Assembly: GCA_038245785.1 (NCBI GenBank) | Contig: JBBRSB010000013.1 | Coordinates: 32,001-96,000 of the forward strand | DNA length: 64,000 bases | Source: Gloeobacterales cyanobacterium | Lineage (GTDB): Bacteria; Cyanobacteriota; Cyanobacteriia; Gloeobacterales; PMM-0068 | Direction: 5' to 3' | Part shown: positions 29,123 through 39,303 of the stretch, piece by piece | Layout of the letters: each line of letters opens with the position of its first letter | How positions within the stretch are numbered: the stretch's first letter is position 1 | Translations under genes and position numbers: made by a program | The notes under the pieces: generated by a model | Databases searched by the model: none | Seen by the model: the letters and a program-made list of their open reading frames with translations, nothing else | Told to the model about the DNA's origin: nothing

Positions 29123-29659
29123 GTGCATCATAAATCTATGATCTATCGGTCAGTGATTAATTTAGCGGGTTGGCTGGGATGGAGCTTTTCTATCTTGGTT
29201 CAACCCGCTTTTTCGCAGGAAGTGGGTTGGGGGAACTACCAATATCCTCTGGAAGAACAAAGCCCTAAGCCTAATGTCCAGCTCGTGATCCATCGCCGTG
29301 CACACACGCTGCAAGTCCTAGATGCAGAGGGAAAGATCTCCAAACAGTATCCAATTGCCATAGGTAGAGCTGCTTGGCCCACTCCGCAGGGTAAATTTCA
29401 AGTGCTTAAAAAAATTGAAAATCCCATATTCCAGAGCTTTCGTACAGGGGCGTTAACGAAAGCCGGAAAAGCAAATCCTTTAGGTCTGTATTACTTGCAG
29501 TATCACGAAGGCAAAATAGGAGAATTTGGCATTCACGGGACCGATGAGGAAAACTCCATCGGCAAATCGATCTCTCATGGCTGTATTCGCATGCACAACA
29601 AGGATATTGCCGAACTATATCAGTTGGTAGATCAGGGAACGCCTGTGACCATTGATTAA
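29123..29659 (+). CDS. L,D-transpeptidase (YkuD family)
   Basis: YPIAIGR..WPTP.G, NPLG, FGIHGT, SHGCIRM. Confidence 0.92.
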   Translation: MHHKSMIYRSVINLAGWLGWSFSILVQPAFSQEVGWGNYQYPLEEQSPKPNVQLVIHRRAHTLQVLDAEGKISKQYPIAIGRAAWPTPQGKFQVLKKIENPIFQSFRTGALTKAGKANPLGLYYLQYHEGKIGEFGIHGTDEENSIGKSISHGCIRMHNKDIAELYQLVDQGTPVTID

Positions 29660-29705
29660 ACATCCCTCAGTCCCTGCAGGACAGCTCCCCACCCTTCGTT
29701 GATTG

Positions 29706-29788
29706 ATTGGTGAGCCCGGCAAGGATTAGCCAGGCTCTGCGCAGGAGTGTCTACTATCGCATCATTAATTGGTGAGCCCGGCAAGGAT
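29706..29788 (-). repeat. 21-bp direct repeat of the tRNA-Arg 3' end
   Basis: ATTGGTGAGCCCGGCAAGGAT at 29706-29726 and 29768-29788. Confidence 0.9.
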
Positions 29789-29844
29789 CGAACTTGCGCA
29801 CCTGGTTCCGGAAACCAGTACTCTATCCACTGAGCTACGGGCCC
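29770..29844 (-). tRNA. tRNA-Arg(CCG), CCA encoded
   Basis: GGGCCCG acceptor, TAGCTCAGTGGATAGAG D arm, CTGGT-TTCCGGA-ACCAG anticodon arm, GTTCGAT T loop, ACCA end. Confidence 0.96.
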
Positions 29845-29944
29845 AACGGTTTAATACCATAGCATTCTTCTTGACCTGATGCCTACTGATGTTTCGCTAT
29901 CTAATTGAAAATAGAATAGACTGACCGAACTTCTTGGATATGGG

Positions 29945-31273
29945 ATGACTGTACAGATGTTTAATCAGATAGACAATACTCCTCAGTTCTTGCAGTATCA
30001 GGCAGCCTCTCTACTAGTCTATCAATCTGTTTTATCCAATGAAGTCGGTAGTGCTTTCCTAGAATTACTAAAAGCTATTGATAAATTGCAACATAGTGCC
30101 GAGCACGACCGGAAAGAATATCTATATGCCTATGGACACTGGTTTTATGCCCTAGCCGATGCAAATCAAAGTTGGCAAGATTATCTGGTTGAGCAAATTC
30201 AATGGGCTGACAATCCATTTACGCAACAGGCACAAAAACTCGATCTAGAAGACTTGCCTCCTATATTCATAAACGCAGCCAAACATGATTTGAAAGCACT
30301 ACAGAGCCTCTATAAATTTAGCAGTGAGCATATTGAGCAGTGGACTCAAGAAATTTTACCAAACAGCTATAAACCTGTCTTCTGGTCACAGAAGACTTCG
30401 ACTTTATCGGATAATTTTTCACTTCATGCCTTTAAAAATTGGTCTGATGCCCTAGAGGAGTTAGTTACTCACTACCGGATTTGGGGGACAGGAATATTGG
30501 CGGAGTATCAAGCTTTGCAATGGCACGACGGGAAGCTCATAGGCGTTGCTTATCCTGATCGAGTTCGAATCAGTGATCTTGTTGGCTGCGAGGTTCAACG
30601 AGATTTACTGGTTAAAAACACTGAAGCTTTGTTATCAGGCTATCCTGCCCTACACGTACTCCTCTATGGCAGTCGAGGTTCTGGTAAATCTTCACTCGTG
30701 AAATCACTGTTAACAGAATATGGAAGCCGAGGACTACGCCTTATTGAAGTCACTAAATCTGAATTGATCAATCTGCCGATCATTGTGGATAAACTAAGGC
30801 AAATCTCTAAAAAGTTTATTCTTTTTGTAGATGACCTATCTTTTGAGGAAGATGAAGATACTTACAAAGCTCTAAAAGTGGTGTTGGAAGGCAACTTAAC
30901 CGCTCGCCCACAAAATGTAGTTGTCTATGCCACTTCCAACCGACGCCATCTAATTCGAGAATTTTTTGGAGATCGTCCCCAGCCAGGTTCTAGCGATGAA
31001 GTTCATGGTTGGGATACGGTGCAAGAGAAATTATCTTTAAGCGACCGTTTTGGCTTGACTCTGACGTTTATACCCGCTGATCAAAAACTCTATCTCCAGA
31101 TAGTTCATCACCTCGCCCAACAATCGGGCATCCCTCTGGAGTCTAAAGATTTAGAATTTCGAGCGTTGCAATGGGCAGTGCAGCATAACGGCCGTTCCGG
31201 TAGAACCGCTAGACAATTCGTCGATTTCCTTCAGGCAGAGCTAGCTCTTTCTCAAGCAAAACCTAGTGCTTAA
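29945..31273 (+). CDS. DUF815 AAA+ ATPase
   Basis: HVLLYGSRGSGKSS, FVDDLSFE, YATSNRRHL, EKLSLSDRFGL, GRSGRTARQF. Confidence 0.92.
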   Translation: MTVQMFNQIDNTPQFLQYQAASLLVYQSVLSNEVGSAFLELLKAIDKLQHSAEHDRKEYLYAYGHWFYALADANQSWQDYLVEQIQWADNPFTQQAQKLDLEDLPPIFINAAKHDLKALQSLYKFSSEHIEQWTQEILPNSYKPVFWSQKTSTLSDNFSLHAFKNWSDALEELVTHYRIWGTGILAEYQALQWHDGKLIGVAYPDRVRISDLVGCEVQRDLLVKNTEALLSGYPALHVLLYGSRGSGKSSLVKSLLTEYGSRGLRLIEVTKSELINLPIIVDKLRQISKKFILFVDDLSFEEDEDTYKALKVVLEGNLTARPQNVVVYATSNRRHLIREFFGDRPQPGSSDEVHGWDTVQEKLSLSDRFGLTLTFIPADQKLYLQIVHHLAQQSGIPLESKDLEFRALQWAVQHNGRSGRTARQFVDFLQAELALSQAKPSA

Positions 31274-32051
31274 GGGTTCGGCAAGGCTCTTGATTCGCAC
31301 ACAAGATCTTCGTTGTCTGTGGAAGCGCTCCCCATTCCTTAAACCAGACACCAAGAGCGATCAATTTTTTCTTGGTCTTGTCCTTGAGTTCCTGGCTAGG
31401 AGCTTCTTTGTAATACTGAATCCACAGGCTAATGGCCCGTTCCTTGTCGTTCATTTTATTGTAGAACGCTGCGGCAAAAGAACGGAAGACGACTGGAGCA
31501 CCGGGTGCATCAGCAGCCTTAATAAAATATTTAGCGGCGGTAGGAAGGTCTTTTTTATAGAGAAAGGCTACTCCGGCATAGTTCCGATAGAGTTCCCAGG
31601 AGTCTGGAGCTGACGGATTGAGGAGAATGCCTCTAGATAAAATCTTTAAAGCTTTATCGGGGTCCTCCTGCATTCCGGCTACTGCATAGCTGGCTGCTGC
31701 ATAAGCTTTAACAAATTTGGGGTCTATGGCTGTGACCAATTCCAGGTAATCGTCACAATAATCAAAGTTTGTCTTCTCGCGGGCTTTAGTATCTCCAAAA
31801 TATTGAACATACTGCAGCCAATACCAGTCAGCAACCAAATTATCCATACCAAACAAGAAAGGCTTGATCGCCTCTGCCTTGGGTAGAACAGGAGGTGCAG
31901 TCAGAACACGGTCCGTTCGCTGGCTCAAGTCAGAACGCGGCCATTGCAAAGCTGCGATCAGGCCCAAAAAAAGTACCGTACAGGCGAGCGCGATGACGGA
32001 AAATTGAGATGGAGCAGAGCGGGATGGATCAGGTTGAACGCTAACAGCCAT
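31263..32051 (-). CDS. Membrane-anchored TPR-like hypothetical protein
   Basis: N-terminal TM, GMDNLVADWYWLQYVQYFG, helical repeats. Confidence 0.7.
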   Translation of the reverse strand: MAVSVQPDPSRSAPSQFSVIALACTVLFLGLIAALQWPRSDLSQRTDRVLTAPPVLPKAEAIKPFLFGMDNLVADWYWLQYVQYFGDTKAREKTNFDYCDDYLELVTAIDPKFVKAYAAASYAVAGMQEDPDKALKILSRGILLNPSAPDSWELYRNYAGVAFLYKKDLPTAAKYFIKAADAPGAPVVFRSFAAAFYNKMNDKERAISLWIQYYKEAPSQELKDKTKKKLIALGVWFKEWGALPQTTKILCANQEPCRTLKH

Positions 32052-32093
32052 AACTCCAGAATGCCCTGTGGAACTGGATTTTTACCTCACGCC

Positions 32094-33608
32094 TCAGGCC
32101 CCAACAGCTTCTTTCGCCGCGTACATAACTTCTAAGGTAATCGCAGAAAGCCCTTGCTCACGAGCGAATTTCTCAGTATTACGCTTTACCTTAGAACGAA
32201 CGAATCCAGGAATTTTACCTAGTTCCTTGGCCGCTGCACTATCCCAATTCAGTTCAGAATCTGCAGTTAGGGACTTGGTGATTACTTCTTTGGTGTCATG
32301 TCCACTGAAGACTTCGATCATGTGGTCTTCCATCCCTAGGGTGAAGGAGTTATAGACCAAGTCTGCAATTTGGTTGGTGCCTTCATAGCCCAAGAAAGGC
32401 CGAAAACCCACGGGGAAGTTCTGAATGTGAATCGGGGAAGAAATAACGCCACAGGGAATATTCAGCCGCTTACCGACATGGCGTTCCATTTGGGTCCCGA
32501 AGATGGCAGCAGGTTCGATTCGAGCAATGGCATCGCCAATGACGGCGTGGTCATCGGTAACCAGAATTTCCTTGGTGTACTCTGCAACTTCTTGGCGGAA
32601 CCAATCCCCGTCATGCTTGCAGAACGTTCCAGCCCAGGCAACTTCTACGTTCATCTCCCGTGCCAGGATTTTGGTCATCGCTGCTGCATGGGTGGCATCC
32701 CCATAAACCACAACTTTTTTGCCTTGTAGGTTCTGGCAGTCGATCGAACGAGAGAACCAAGCTAGTTGAGAAACATAAAGCGTCTGATTTTTGATGTAGG
32801 GCTCGTAATCCGTTTCATGGCCCATATCTTTCAGCATGGCGGCAATTGCCCGAATAAAACGAGCAGTTTCCACTACCCCCATGGGCGTGATGGCGGTATA
32901 GGGCATGTCATAGTTCTCTTTCAAGAATTCAGCCGTCATCAGACCGATTTCCCGATAGGGAACGATATTGAACCAGGCTTCGGGCATCTTTTTCAGGTCA
33001 TGGACAGAGCATTTTTCCGGCATGACAACATTCACTTCAATCCCCAAATCACGTAAGAGATTGCGTAATTCTTTTTCATCATGGTGGCTATGGAAACCCA
33101 AGGTGCACATGCCAATGATATTGACTGAAGGTTTCTCTGTCTTTTTCGGGCGCTCGGTCAATTTCTTGAGGTAGTACTGAACAATCTGGACCAGGGTTTT
33201 ATCCGCAGCCTGCATCTCGTTGTATCGATAGTGATTCACATCGGCGAGGATGACATCCGCTTCGGAATCCATCTGAGCACGGGCCACAAAGTTCGCTAGG
33301 TCTTCCTGGAGAATACTGGAGGTGCAGGTGGGCGTGAGTACGATTAGATCTGGATGCTCTTCCTTATCTTTACGGGTGATGTTGTTAATTACTTTGTCCT
33401 GAGAGCCCCGACCTAGAACGTGACGGTCGACAACGGAAGTTGTGACTGGGGTAAATTCCCGCTCCCGCTCCAACATCGAGCGCATGACATTGAAGTAATC
33501 ATCTCCCAGAGGGGCATGCATGATCGCATGAACGTTCTTAAAAGAGGTGGCAACGCGTAGGGTGCCAATATGAGCAGGCGCTGAGTACATCCAGTAAGCA
33601 AGTTTCAT
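32094..33608 (-). CDS. chlB: Light-independent protochlorophyllide reductase subunit B
   Basis: [24 protein letters not shown]-terminal PCP_red domain [17 protein letters not shown]. Confidence 0.98.
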   Translation of the reverse strand: MKLAYWMYSAPAHIGTLRVATSFKNVHAIMHAPLGDDYFNVMRSMLEREREFTPVTTSVVDRHVLGRGSQDKVINNITRKDKEEHPDLIVLTPTCTSSILQEDLANFVARAQMDSEADVILADVNHYRYNEMQAADKTLVQIVQYYLKKLTERPKKTEKPSVNIIGMCTLGFHSHHDEKELRNLLRDLGIEVNVVMPEKCSVHDLKKMPEAWFNIVPYREIGLMTAEFLKENYDMPYTAITPMGVVETARFIRAIAAMLKDMGHETDYEPYIKNQTLYVSQLAWFSRSIDCQNLQGKKVVVYGDATHAAAMTKILAREMNVEVAWAGTFCKHDGDWFRQEVAEYTKEILVTDDHAVIGDAIARIEPAAIFGTQMERHVGKRLNIPCGVISSPIHIQNFPVGFRPFLGYEGTNQIADLVYNSFTLGMEDHMIEVFSGHDTKEVITKSLTADSELNWDSAAAKELGKIPGFVRSKVKRNTEKFAREQGLSAITLEVMYAAKEAVGA

Positions 33609-33753
33609 GGGTTGCGGACTCCATTTCCTAATCTGAGGCTTAAGCCTGTTCATCATTGCCCTGTATTGTACGACAGCGCTGAAAAACCCTGCGGATAGTA
33701 AGGTTTCGTTACACCCCCACCCTGTCGCTAGCAATGACTGTAATGCGTGGGAT

Positions 33754-33797
33754 TTTAACCACCCCGTCGCTGCGCGCCACCCCTCCCTTGGAGGGGA
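33754..33797 (+). repeat. Left palindromic repeat flanking the DUF559 gene
   Basis: TTTAACCACCCCG...CACCCCTCCCTTGGAGGGGA; inverted partner at 34177-34217. Confidence 0.8.
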
Positions 33798-34228
33798 TCT
33801 TTAGGGGGATGGTTTGATATCCAGGTTCTGATGGAGTCTAGAACTACCTGGGTTTGATGGCGTACTGTTTCATCGCGAAAGCGTAGAAAACGGACCCCTA
33901 ACGCTTCTAATCGCTGTTGGCGGAGCTGATCGTTCCATTGGGCGGTTTCACTGTCATGGCTGCTGCCGTCAATTTCAATTGCTAACATCAGTTCTTTGCA
34001 GTAGAAGTCAACAATGAATCCATTGATGGGGCGTTGTCTGTCAAAGTCATAGCCATTCATCTGCTTTCTTTTGAGGTGTTGCCACAAAATCACCTCGCCA
34101 AAGGTCATATTTTTCCGCAGTTTATGGGCCAGTTTTTTCAGGTAGGGCTTATAGCGGATAATTTTCGCTGGTTTTCTCCCCTCTCGGGAGGGGTGCCCAA
34201 AGGGCGGGGTGGGTAAAGTCTCTGCCAT
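33755..34228 (-). CDS. DUF559 (Vsr-like PD-(D/E)xK) endonuclease
   Basis: [47 protein letters not shown]. Confidence 0.92.
   Translation of the reverse strand: MAETLPTPPFGHPSREGRKPAKIIRYKPYLKKLAHKLRKNMTFGEVILWQHLKRKQMNGYDFDRQRPINGFIVDFYCKELMLAIEIDGSSHDSETAQWNDQLRQQRLEALGVRFLRFRDETVRHQTQVVLDSIRTWISNHPPKDPLQGRGGAQRRGG
34177..34217 (-). repeat. Right palindromic repeat flanking the DUF559 gene
   Basis: Reverse complement TTTACCCACCCCG...CACCCCTCCCGAGAGGGGA. Confidence 0.8.
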
Positions 34229-34284
34229 GTAGCCAGTTGTAGTCCAGCCCAGAGCGACAAATTTTCCAATCTAAAATCACAGCC

Positions 34285-34767
34285 TTAAAATTTGTAGCCA
34301 ATCTGTCGCAGGAAATCCCGACGGGCTTTTGCATCCTCAGGACCTTCTACCCCTTTGGGAGAGAAACCATCGACTACGCCTAAAATGCCGCGCCCCTGTT
34401 CTGTCTCCGCAATAATCACATCTACAGGATTAGCGGTGGCGCAGTGAATCGTACAAACTTCTGCGCACTGCTTGATATTGTTCAAAAAATTAATCGGATA
34501 TGCTTCTCGCATCAAGATGACGAAACTATGACCTGCAACTAGGGCCTGAGCATTCTTAGTGGCTAAGGTCTGAAGCAGTTCATTATTGCCTGAAACGCGG
34601 ATCAGACAGGGACCAGAAGCCTCACAGAAGGCAAGGCCAAATTTCACCTGAGGCGAAGTCCCGACCATAATTTCATGCAGGTCTTCCACCGTTTTGATGA
34701 AGTGAGCGTGGCCGAGGATCAGGTTGCATCCTTCGGGAATTTCCATAGAGACTGATTTTAATTCCAC
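34285..34767 (-). CDS. Adenosine-specific kinase family protein (DUF355)
   Basis: NLILGHAHFIKTVEDL, FCEASG, CATANP, GRGILGVVDG; divergent from apt. Confidence 0.9.
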   Translation of the reverse strand: MELKSVSMEIPEGCNLILGHAHFIKTVEDLHEIMVGTSPQVKFGLAFCEASGPCLIRVSGNNELLQTLATKNAQALVAGHSFVILMREAYPINFLNNIKQCAEVCTIHCATANPVDVIIAETEQGRGILGVVDGFSPKGVEGPEDAKARRDFLRQIGYKF

Positions 34768-34854
34768 TGTGGTCTCCTCTTTTGCAACAGGTCATAGGTT
34801 ATAAATTAGGCGGAGTGCTCTGTTCTGTCAGAGAATCAGAAAAAAAGATACGAA

Positions 34855-35376
34855 ATGGACCTGACCCACTACGTTCGTAATATTCCTGACTTTCCCAAGC
34901 CTGGGATCATTTTTCGAGATATCACGCCGCTTTTAGCGACGGCAGAAGCCCTTCAGTTTGCCCTCAATACGCTGACGGAGCAATTTGATGGCAGAAACAT
35001 CGACTATGTAGCCGCCATCGAAGCACGGGGATTTTTATTTGGTGTCACCTTGGCCGACCGTTTAAATGCCGGATTTGTCCCGATCCGTAAGCCCGGAAAA
35101 CTGCCTGGCCCCAGTTATCGCCAGGATTATGCACTAGAGTATGGCAGTGATGGACTAGAAATCCACCAGGATGCTTTTAGTGGCTCAGAGCAGAAGCGGG
35201 TGCTCTTGATTGATGATGTTTTGGCTACAGGCGGTACGGCAAGAGCAGCGGCAGCCTTGCTTGCGAAAGCAGGAGGCCAACTGGCTGGTTATGGTTTTGT
35301 CATTGAGCTAACGGCATTAGAAGGTCGAGGTCTATTACCAGAAGCGCCTGTGTTTTCCTTAATCACTTATTCATGA
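34855..35376 (+). CDS. apt: Adenine phosphoribosyltransferase
   Basis: PDFPKPGIIFRDITPL, EARGF, RKPGKLP, IDDVLATGGT. Confidence 0.97.
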   Translation: MDLTHYVRNIPDFPKPGIIFRDITPLLATAEALQFALNTLTEQFDGRNIDYVAAIEARGFLFGVTLADRLNAGFVPIRKPGKLPGPSYRQDYALEYGSDGLEIHQDAFSGSEQKRVLLIDDVLATGGTARAAAALLAKAGGQLAGYGFVIELTALEGRGLLPEAPVFSLITYS

Positions 35377-35520
35377 AATATTCATGAAACACAGATGTTC
35401 CCAATATCGTCTTAATTAATAGTTAAGTAGTGTGAAAAGGCTAAGAGATTCTGAAGTTTGGCAGATTGGCCGCTGAACCTAAGAGGGGATGAGTTAGGTT
35501 AGATCGTAGGTGGGCATTAT

Positions 35521-36219
35521 ATGAATAAATCAATTCAATCCCCCTATACCCCAGCACAGATGAATGCCTGGATACGCGGGCTCCTAACAGTGGCCTGGAT
35601 AGACGGGCGCTACTCTAACGAAGAGCAAGAGTTGATTAAAGATTGGATGAATGAAGAATCCATTCATGTCGATGAAACCATAGAGCCCATTACTCCTGTC
35701 GAATTAGCGACTGCGTTAGGTAGAGACAAATACATTACAGAGGACTTTTTGAGAACAGCTGTTATGGTCGCCCTAGCAGACGGCCTTTACTCCGCTGTTG
35801 AAGATGACTTACTGCATAGCTTTTGTATGGCTTTAGGACAAAAAGTGGAAGCATTTGAGGCTTTGAGAATGACTTTGGTTGATGAGGCAGTGATGTTACC
35901 AAAAGCTGAACCAAAAATGGAAACTTTATCTCCTACGGTGGTTACCGTTAAGGTTCCTCTCGTAGATCCTTTGAGACCAATCCGGGTGTGGTTGGACCAA
36001 TTAGAAATCCATGACCCGAAATTGGCACGGTTTTTATGTCGGATGATCCCCGCTCAGTGTCCTTTTGAACGAGATGTCGTTTTGTTCGGGCGTAAGGTAA
36101 TACATATTCCCGCTATGTGCGAGTTGAATCCGCTCTATGAGCAGACAGTGGGTTTACGTTTCCGGGCCATGTGCTACCTGGCGGATACCTGCGGCGAAGA
36201 TGTTTCTCCCTACTGTTGA
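35521..36219 (+). CDS. TerB-like plus Mo-dependent nitrogenase C-terminal domain protein
   Basis: WIRGLLTVAWIDG; IPAQCPFERD, HIPAMCELNPLY, LRFRAMCYLAD.CGED. Confidence 0.88.
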   Translation: MNKSIQSPYTPAQMNAWIRGLLTVAWIDGRYSNEEQELIKDWMNEESIHVDETIEPITPVELATALGRDKYITEDFLRTAVMVALADGLYSAVEDDLLHSFCMALGQKVEAFEALRMTLVDEAVMLPKAEPKMETLSPTVVTVKVPLVDPLRPIRVWLDQLEIHDPKLARFLCRMIPAQCPFERDVVLFGRKVIHIPAMCELNPLYEQTVGLRFRAMCYLADTCGEDVSPYC

Positions 36220-36224
36220 AAATT

Positions 36225-37739
36225 CTAAGGGAGGGAGCAAGCCCTACGGGTTTGCTCAAACTGGGGATCTTGCCAAGAATAGGCAAAATGGCTAACCATC
36301 TTGATCTGGGGGGCGGCTTGATGAATGGCATTCATCTGGTCTTCTAACGTCGGTCGATTTCCCGCCATAACTTTTCCCCATTGGCCTGCCAGGGCTGGAA
36401 TCACTTGGGTCCCCTGAGGAGCTTCTTTGAGGACTGTTTGCACTTGGTTCACAATGCAGTTGGTGTTTCCACACAAGGCGTAGGCCATTGTGTGCCACTC
36501 CAGAGAGGAAGGAAAGTAATGCCAAGGTTGCATCCGCGAATCAAATCCTCGTCCGACGCTCCGATTGCCATCGGAGAAAAAGACAGCTCCTGTGGCGATC
36601 CCCTGCTGCTGGGCCGGCTGCGCCGCTGCTGCAAGAAAATCAGTTACCCCTTGGTAGGCGTGGGCCGCACTCAAAATCCAAAGGTCTTGTAATAGCTGTG
36701 CCCGAGATACTGAACCAGAAGGTTTGCGGTTTTGCCATAGAGGTTCAGATTCATTGGGATAAAGCTGATTTACCTCTGCTATATCGCTGGCCGTTATCGT
36801 TCCTCGATCCACATAGCGGCGGATAAGTTCAAGTCCCTTGTAGTTCAGGGCTCGTTGGAGGAGCGTTTGCTTGGATGCTTCGCTGAAGACCCAGAGGTCT
36901 TTTACCTTAGTGGCAATAGAAGCTGAACCGGACTGGCGGGGATAACGGATGTAGTCGAACAACATCCCATCAGGCTTTCTTTGGGCTACGGCTTGAACCA
37001 ATTGCTGATAGTCTTGTCTCGCCTGGATATTGTAGGGGTCAATAAAGGCTTTATCGAGTTCGAGGGTGCTGAGGTCTGTGTTGAGACTAATGTCTTGACC
37101 GATATCCAAGCTCGTCTGACCGCGCCCATTACGGGCCAGAACCGTCTGTTTTTCTGGTCTTTGAGCGTAGTTTGCCCCGAAATTCATGGAAAAAAGCCAT
37201 GCATATATCTTGAGCCCCCGCTCATGGCCTTTCTGAACAGCTTGAGCGAGTAAGTCTTCTCCGGAGCGGACTACGGGAGTCCAAACGGTTGGATTATTGG
37301 TTCCGGGTAAGAGCACCTGCCCATCGTAAAAGACCTCAATGTAAACTCGGTTATAACCTTTGTTCGCGATCCGGTCCATAAGGTCATCGAGTACACCTGC
37401 CTTGATATCGCAGGGATGAAGTCTAAGCCATATTGCTTGCACTTGAGGCCAGGTTTGGCTACGGCACTGGCGTAAGGTTTCTGCATCTTGAGCAATTGCT
37501 GCTTGATATTGGCTTTGAGCGGCGGGGTCACCCTGGAGGGATGCTTTGCGGAAGCTTTCCTTCTGAGCGGCTACCTGTTCTGAAGCACGGCAATAGAGAG
37601 TCGGTTGAGGTTGCAGGGGGGCCTGGTCACGAGCAAAAGCTGGGGCAGAAAGTAAACTTATCGCGCCAGCAGTCAGCATAAATAAGGGGAGCTTAAGTTT
37701 GAATAGGCTATTTTTCAAAATGGAGGACGGAAATTTCAC
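36225..37739 (-). CDS. Glycoside hydrolase-like family 10 (DUF187) exported protein
   Basis: Signal peptide, QAIWLRL, GLKIYAW, DGMLFDYIRYP. Confidence 0.82.
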   Translation of the reverse strand: MKFPSSILKNSLFKLKLPLFMLTAGAISLLSAPAFARDQAPLQPQPTLYCRASEQVAAQKESFRKASLQGDPAAQSQYQAAIAQDAETLRQCRSQTWPQVQAIWLRLHPCDIKAGVLDDLMDRIANKGYNRVYIEVFYDGQVLLPGTNNPTVWTPVVRSGEDLLAQAVQKGHERGLKIYAWLFSMNFGANYAQRPEKQTVLARNGRGQTSLDIGQDISLNTDLSTLELDKAFIDPYNIQARQDYQQLVQAVAQRKPDGMLFDYIRYPRQSGSASIATKVKDLWVFSEASKQTLLQRALNYKGLELIRRYVDRGTITASDIAEVNQLYPNESEPLWQNRKPSGSVSRAQLLQDLWILSAAHAYQGVTDFLAAAAQPAQQQGIATGAVFFSDGNRSVGRGFDSRMQPWHYFPSSLEWHTMAYALCGNTNCIVNQVQTVLKEAPQGTQVIPALAGQWGKVMAGNRPTLEDQMNAIHQAAPQIKMVSHFAYSWQDPQFEQTRRACSLP

Positions 37740-37906
37740 AGAATTCTATCCTTATTCAGGCTTGCAACCATAGACATTAAAATCCCCAACTACTCTTCCC
37801 AGTCTGCAGACTCAGCATAAATCCAATTGTTCCAGAAGGTATGTATTAGTGAAAACCTGCGGGCAATGAGAAAAGTTCCTGAGCCTCTCTTTAACTGTTC
37901 CCATCT

Positions 37907-38449
37907 CTAGGCTGATTGCAAGGACACAGGCACCATAATCATCAAATCTTTATCGACGATTACTTTGACTGTCGCATGACTTGGGATAGTGGGGGATAAG
38001 TCTAAAAATTCAGTAACAGCCTTGAGTATAGTCAGCAGCGTTTCTTGGTCTACTTGGTCGACCGGAAAATAGTCCGCTTTCACAGCTGAGGCAAACAACG
38101 GATAAAGACCCTGGTCATGGTCAGAAGGAGGCAGGCGATGACTCTGAAAAAACTGAGGAAGCCCCTGGCTGATTTCTGCTTCAAATCCATAGGCTAAGAG
38201 GATATGGGTGTAATCGTCTTCGTTTGTAATTTGGATTTGGCGTTGGGCTGGAAAAGTAACCTGATACGTTGCTGAAGATAAAGTCACGGTCAGCGAATGT
38301 GCTGGTGAAATTTTTTCCCAAGGCTGCTGCTGCCAGAGCTTTTTGGCCCGCATGAACCATGGGCGCAAGGTTCGAGGGTCTTCTACGTTTGGATGGCCCA
38401 GGCCTGCAAACCGCAGACGGGAAATGGCTTGAAGAAGTTCGGGACTCAT
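37907..38449 (-). CDS. Hypothetical protein
   Basis: 180-aa ORF with a 4-nt overlap to the lgt stop. Confidence 0.65.
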   Translation of the reverse strand: MSPELLQAISRLRFAGLGHPNVEDPRTLRPWFMRAKKLWQQQPWEKISPAHSLTVTLSSATYQVTFPAQRQIQITNEDDYTHILLAYGFEAEISQGLPQFFQSHRLPPSDHDQGLYPLFASAVKADYFPVDQVDQETLLTILKAVTEFLDLSPTIPSHATVKVIVDKDLMIMVPVSLQSA

Positions 38450-39267
38450 AGGGATTCAGAAGCTCTACGGGGTTGACGATTGAACCACCACCAGCCGAAT
38501 AGCCCCAAGGCCACAAACAATAAACTCACCACCTGCGCTATCCGGAGCGGACCCAAATAAAGAGAATCGGTTCGCAGCCCTTCAATCCAGAAGCGACCGA
38601 TGCCATAGAGGACGGCATAAGTAGCGGTAATCGTCCCTGTTCCCCAGTGGGGAAATTTCTTGAACAACCACAACAGAATGCTCATCACCATCAGGTTCCA
38701 CAAGGATTCATAGAGAAAAGTGGGATGGAAATAATCGTAGGCAACGAAGGCTGCAGGACGAGAATCCGGAGGGATAAAGAGCTTCCAGGGCAAGTCAGTC
38801 GGTACGCCAAACGCCTCTGAATTGAAAAAGTTGCCCCATCGCCCTACAGCTTGCCCTAAAGCCAAGGCGGGCGCACAGATATCCGTTAACTTCCAGAAGG
38901 CCGTCTCTGTTTTCTTAGCAAATAGATAGGCGGCGAGGAGCCCACCTAAAATCGCTCCATGAATGGCAATACCGCCTTCCCAGATGGCAAAAACTTTCCA
39001 CCAAGGACCCTGAGCATAGCGTTCCCATTCGAAAAGGACATAGTACAGGCGGGCACAGGGAATCGCTCCCACCACCAACCAGACGACAAGATCGGCTATT
39101 TTTTCGGGGTCTTCATTTCTTTCTTTTGCTAAATACTGGGCAAGGAGCGTGCCGAGAATGATCCCGGTAATGATCATCACGCTGTACCAGCGGATAGTCA
39201 GAGGACCTGCTTGAAAGATGATCGGACCTGGAGATTGCCAGCCTAGAAATATCGGAAAAAATTCCAC
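38446..39267 (-). CDS. lgt: Prolipoprotein diacylglyceryl transferase
   Basis: IRWY, IWEGGIAIHG, GQAVGRWGNFFNSEAFG, HPTFLYES, RFWIEGLR. Confidence 0.97.
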   Translation of the reverse strand: MEFFPIFLGWQSPGPIIFQAGPLTIRWYSVMIITGIILGTLLAQYLAKERNEDPEKIADLVVWLVVGAIPCARLYYVLFEWERYAQGPWWKVFAIWEGGIAIHGAILGGLLAAYLFAKKTETAFWKLTDICAPALALGQAVGRWGNFFNSEAFGVPTDLPWKLFIPPDSRPAAFVAYDYFHPTFLYESLWNLMVMSILLWLFKKFPHWGTGTITATYAVLYGIGRFWIEGLRTDSLYLGPLRIAQVVSLLFVALGLFGWWWFNRQPRRASESL

Positions 39268-39303
39268 TCAGTTTTCCTTTATTACAAACCCACTATAGAG
39301 AAA

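Noticed and set aside
29650..29790. Possible mini CRISPR array
   Set aside because: Only two repeat units, identical to the tRNA 3' end, and no cas genes nearby.
33609..33734. Upstream extension of chlB
   Set aside because: The conserved ChlB N-terminus MKLAYWMY starts at 33608.
35521..36219. Evidence for nitrogen fixation from the Mo-nitrogenase C-terminal domain name
   Set aside because: This domain family also occurs in non-diazotrophs, and there are no nif genes here. ChlB is nitrogenase-like but serves chlorophyll synthesis.
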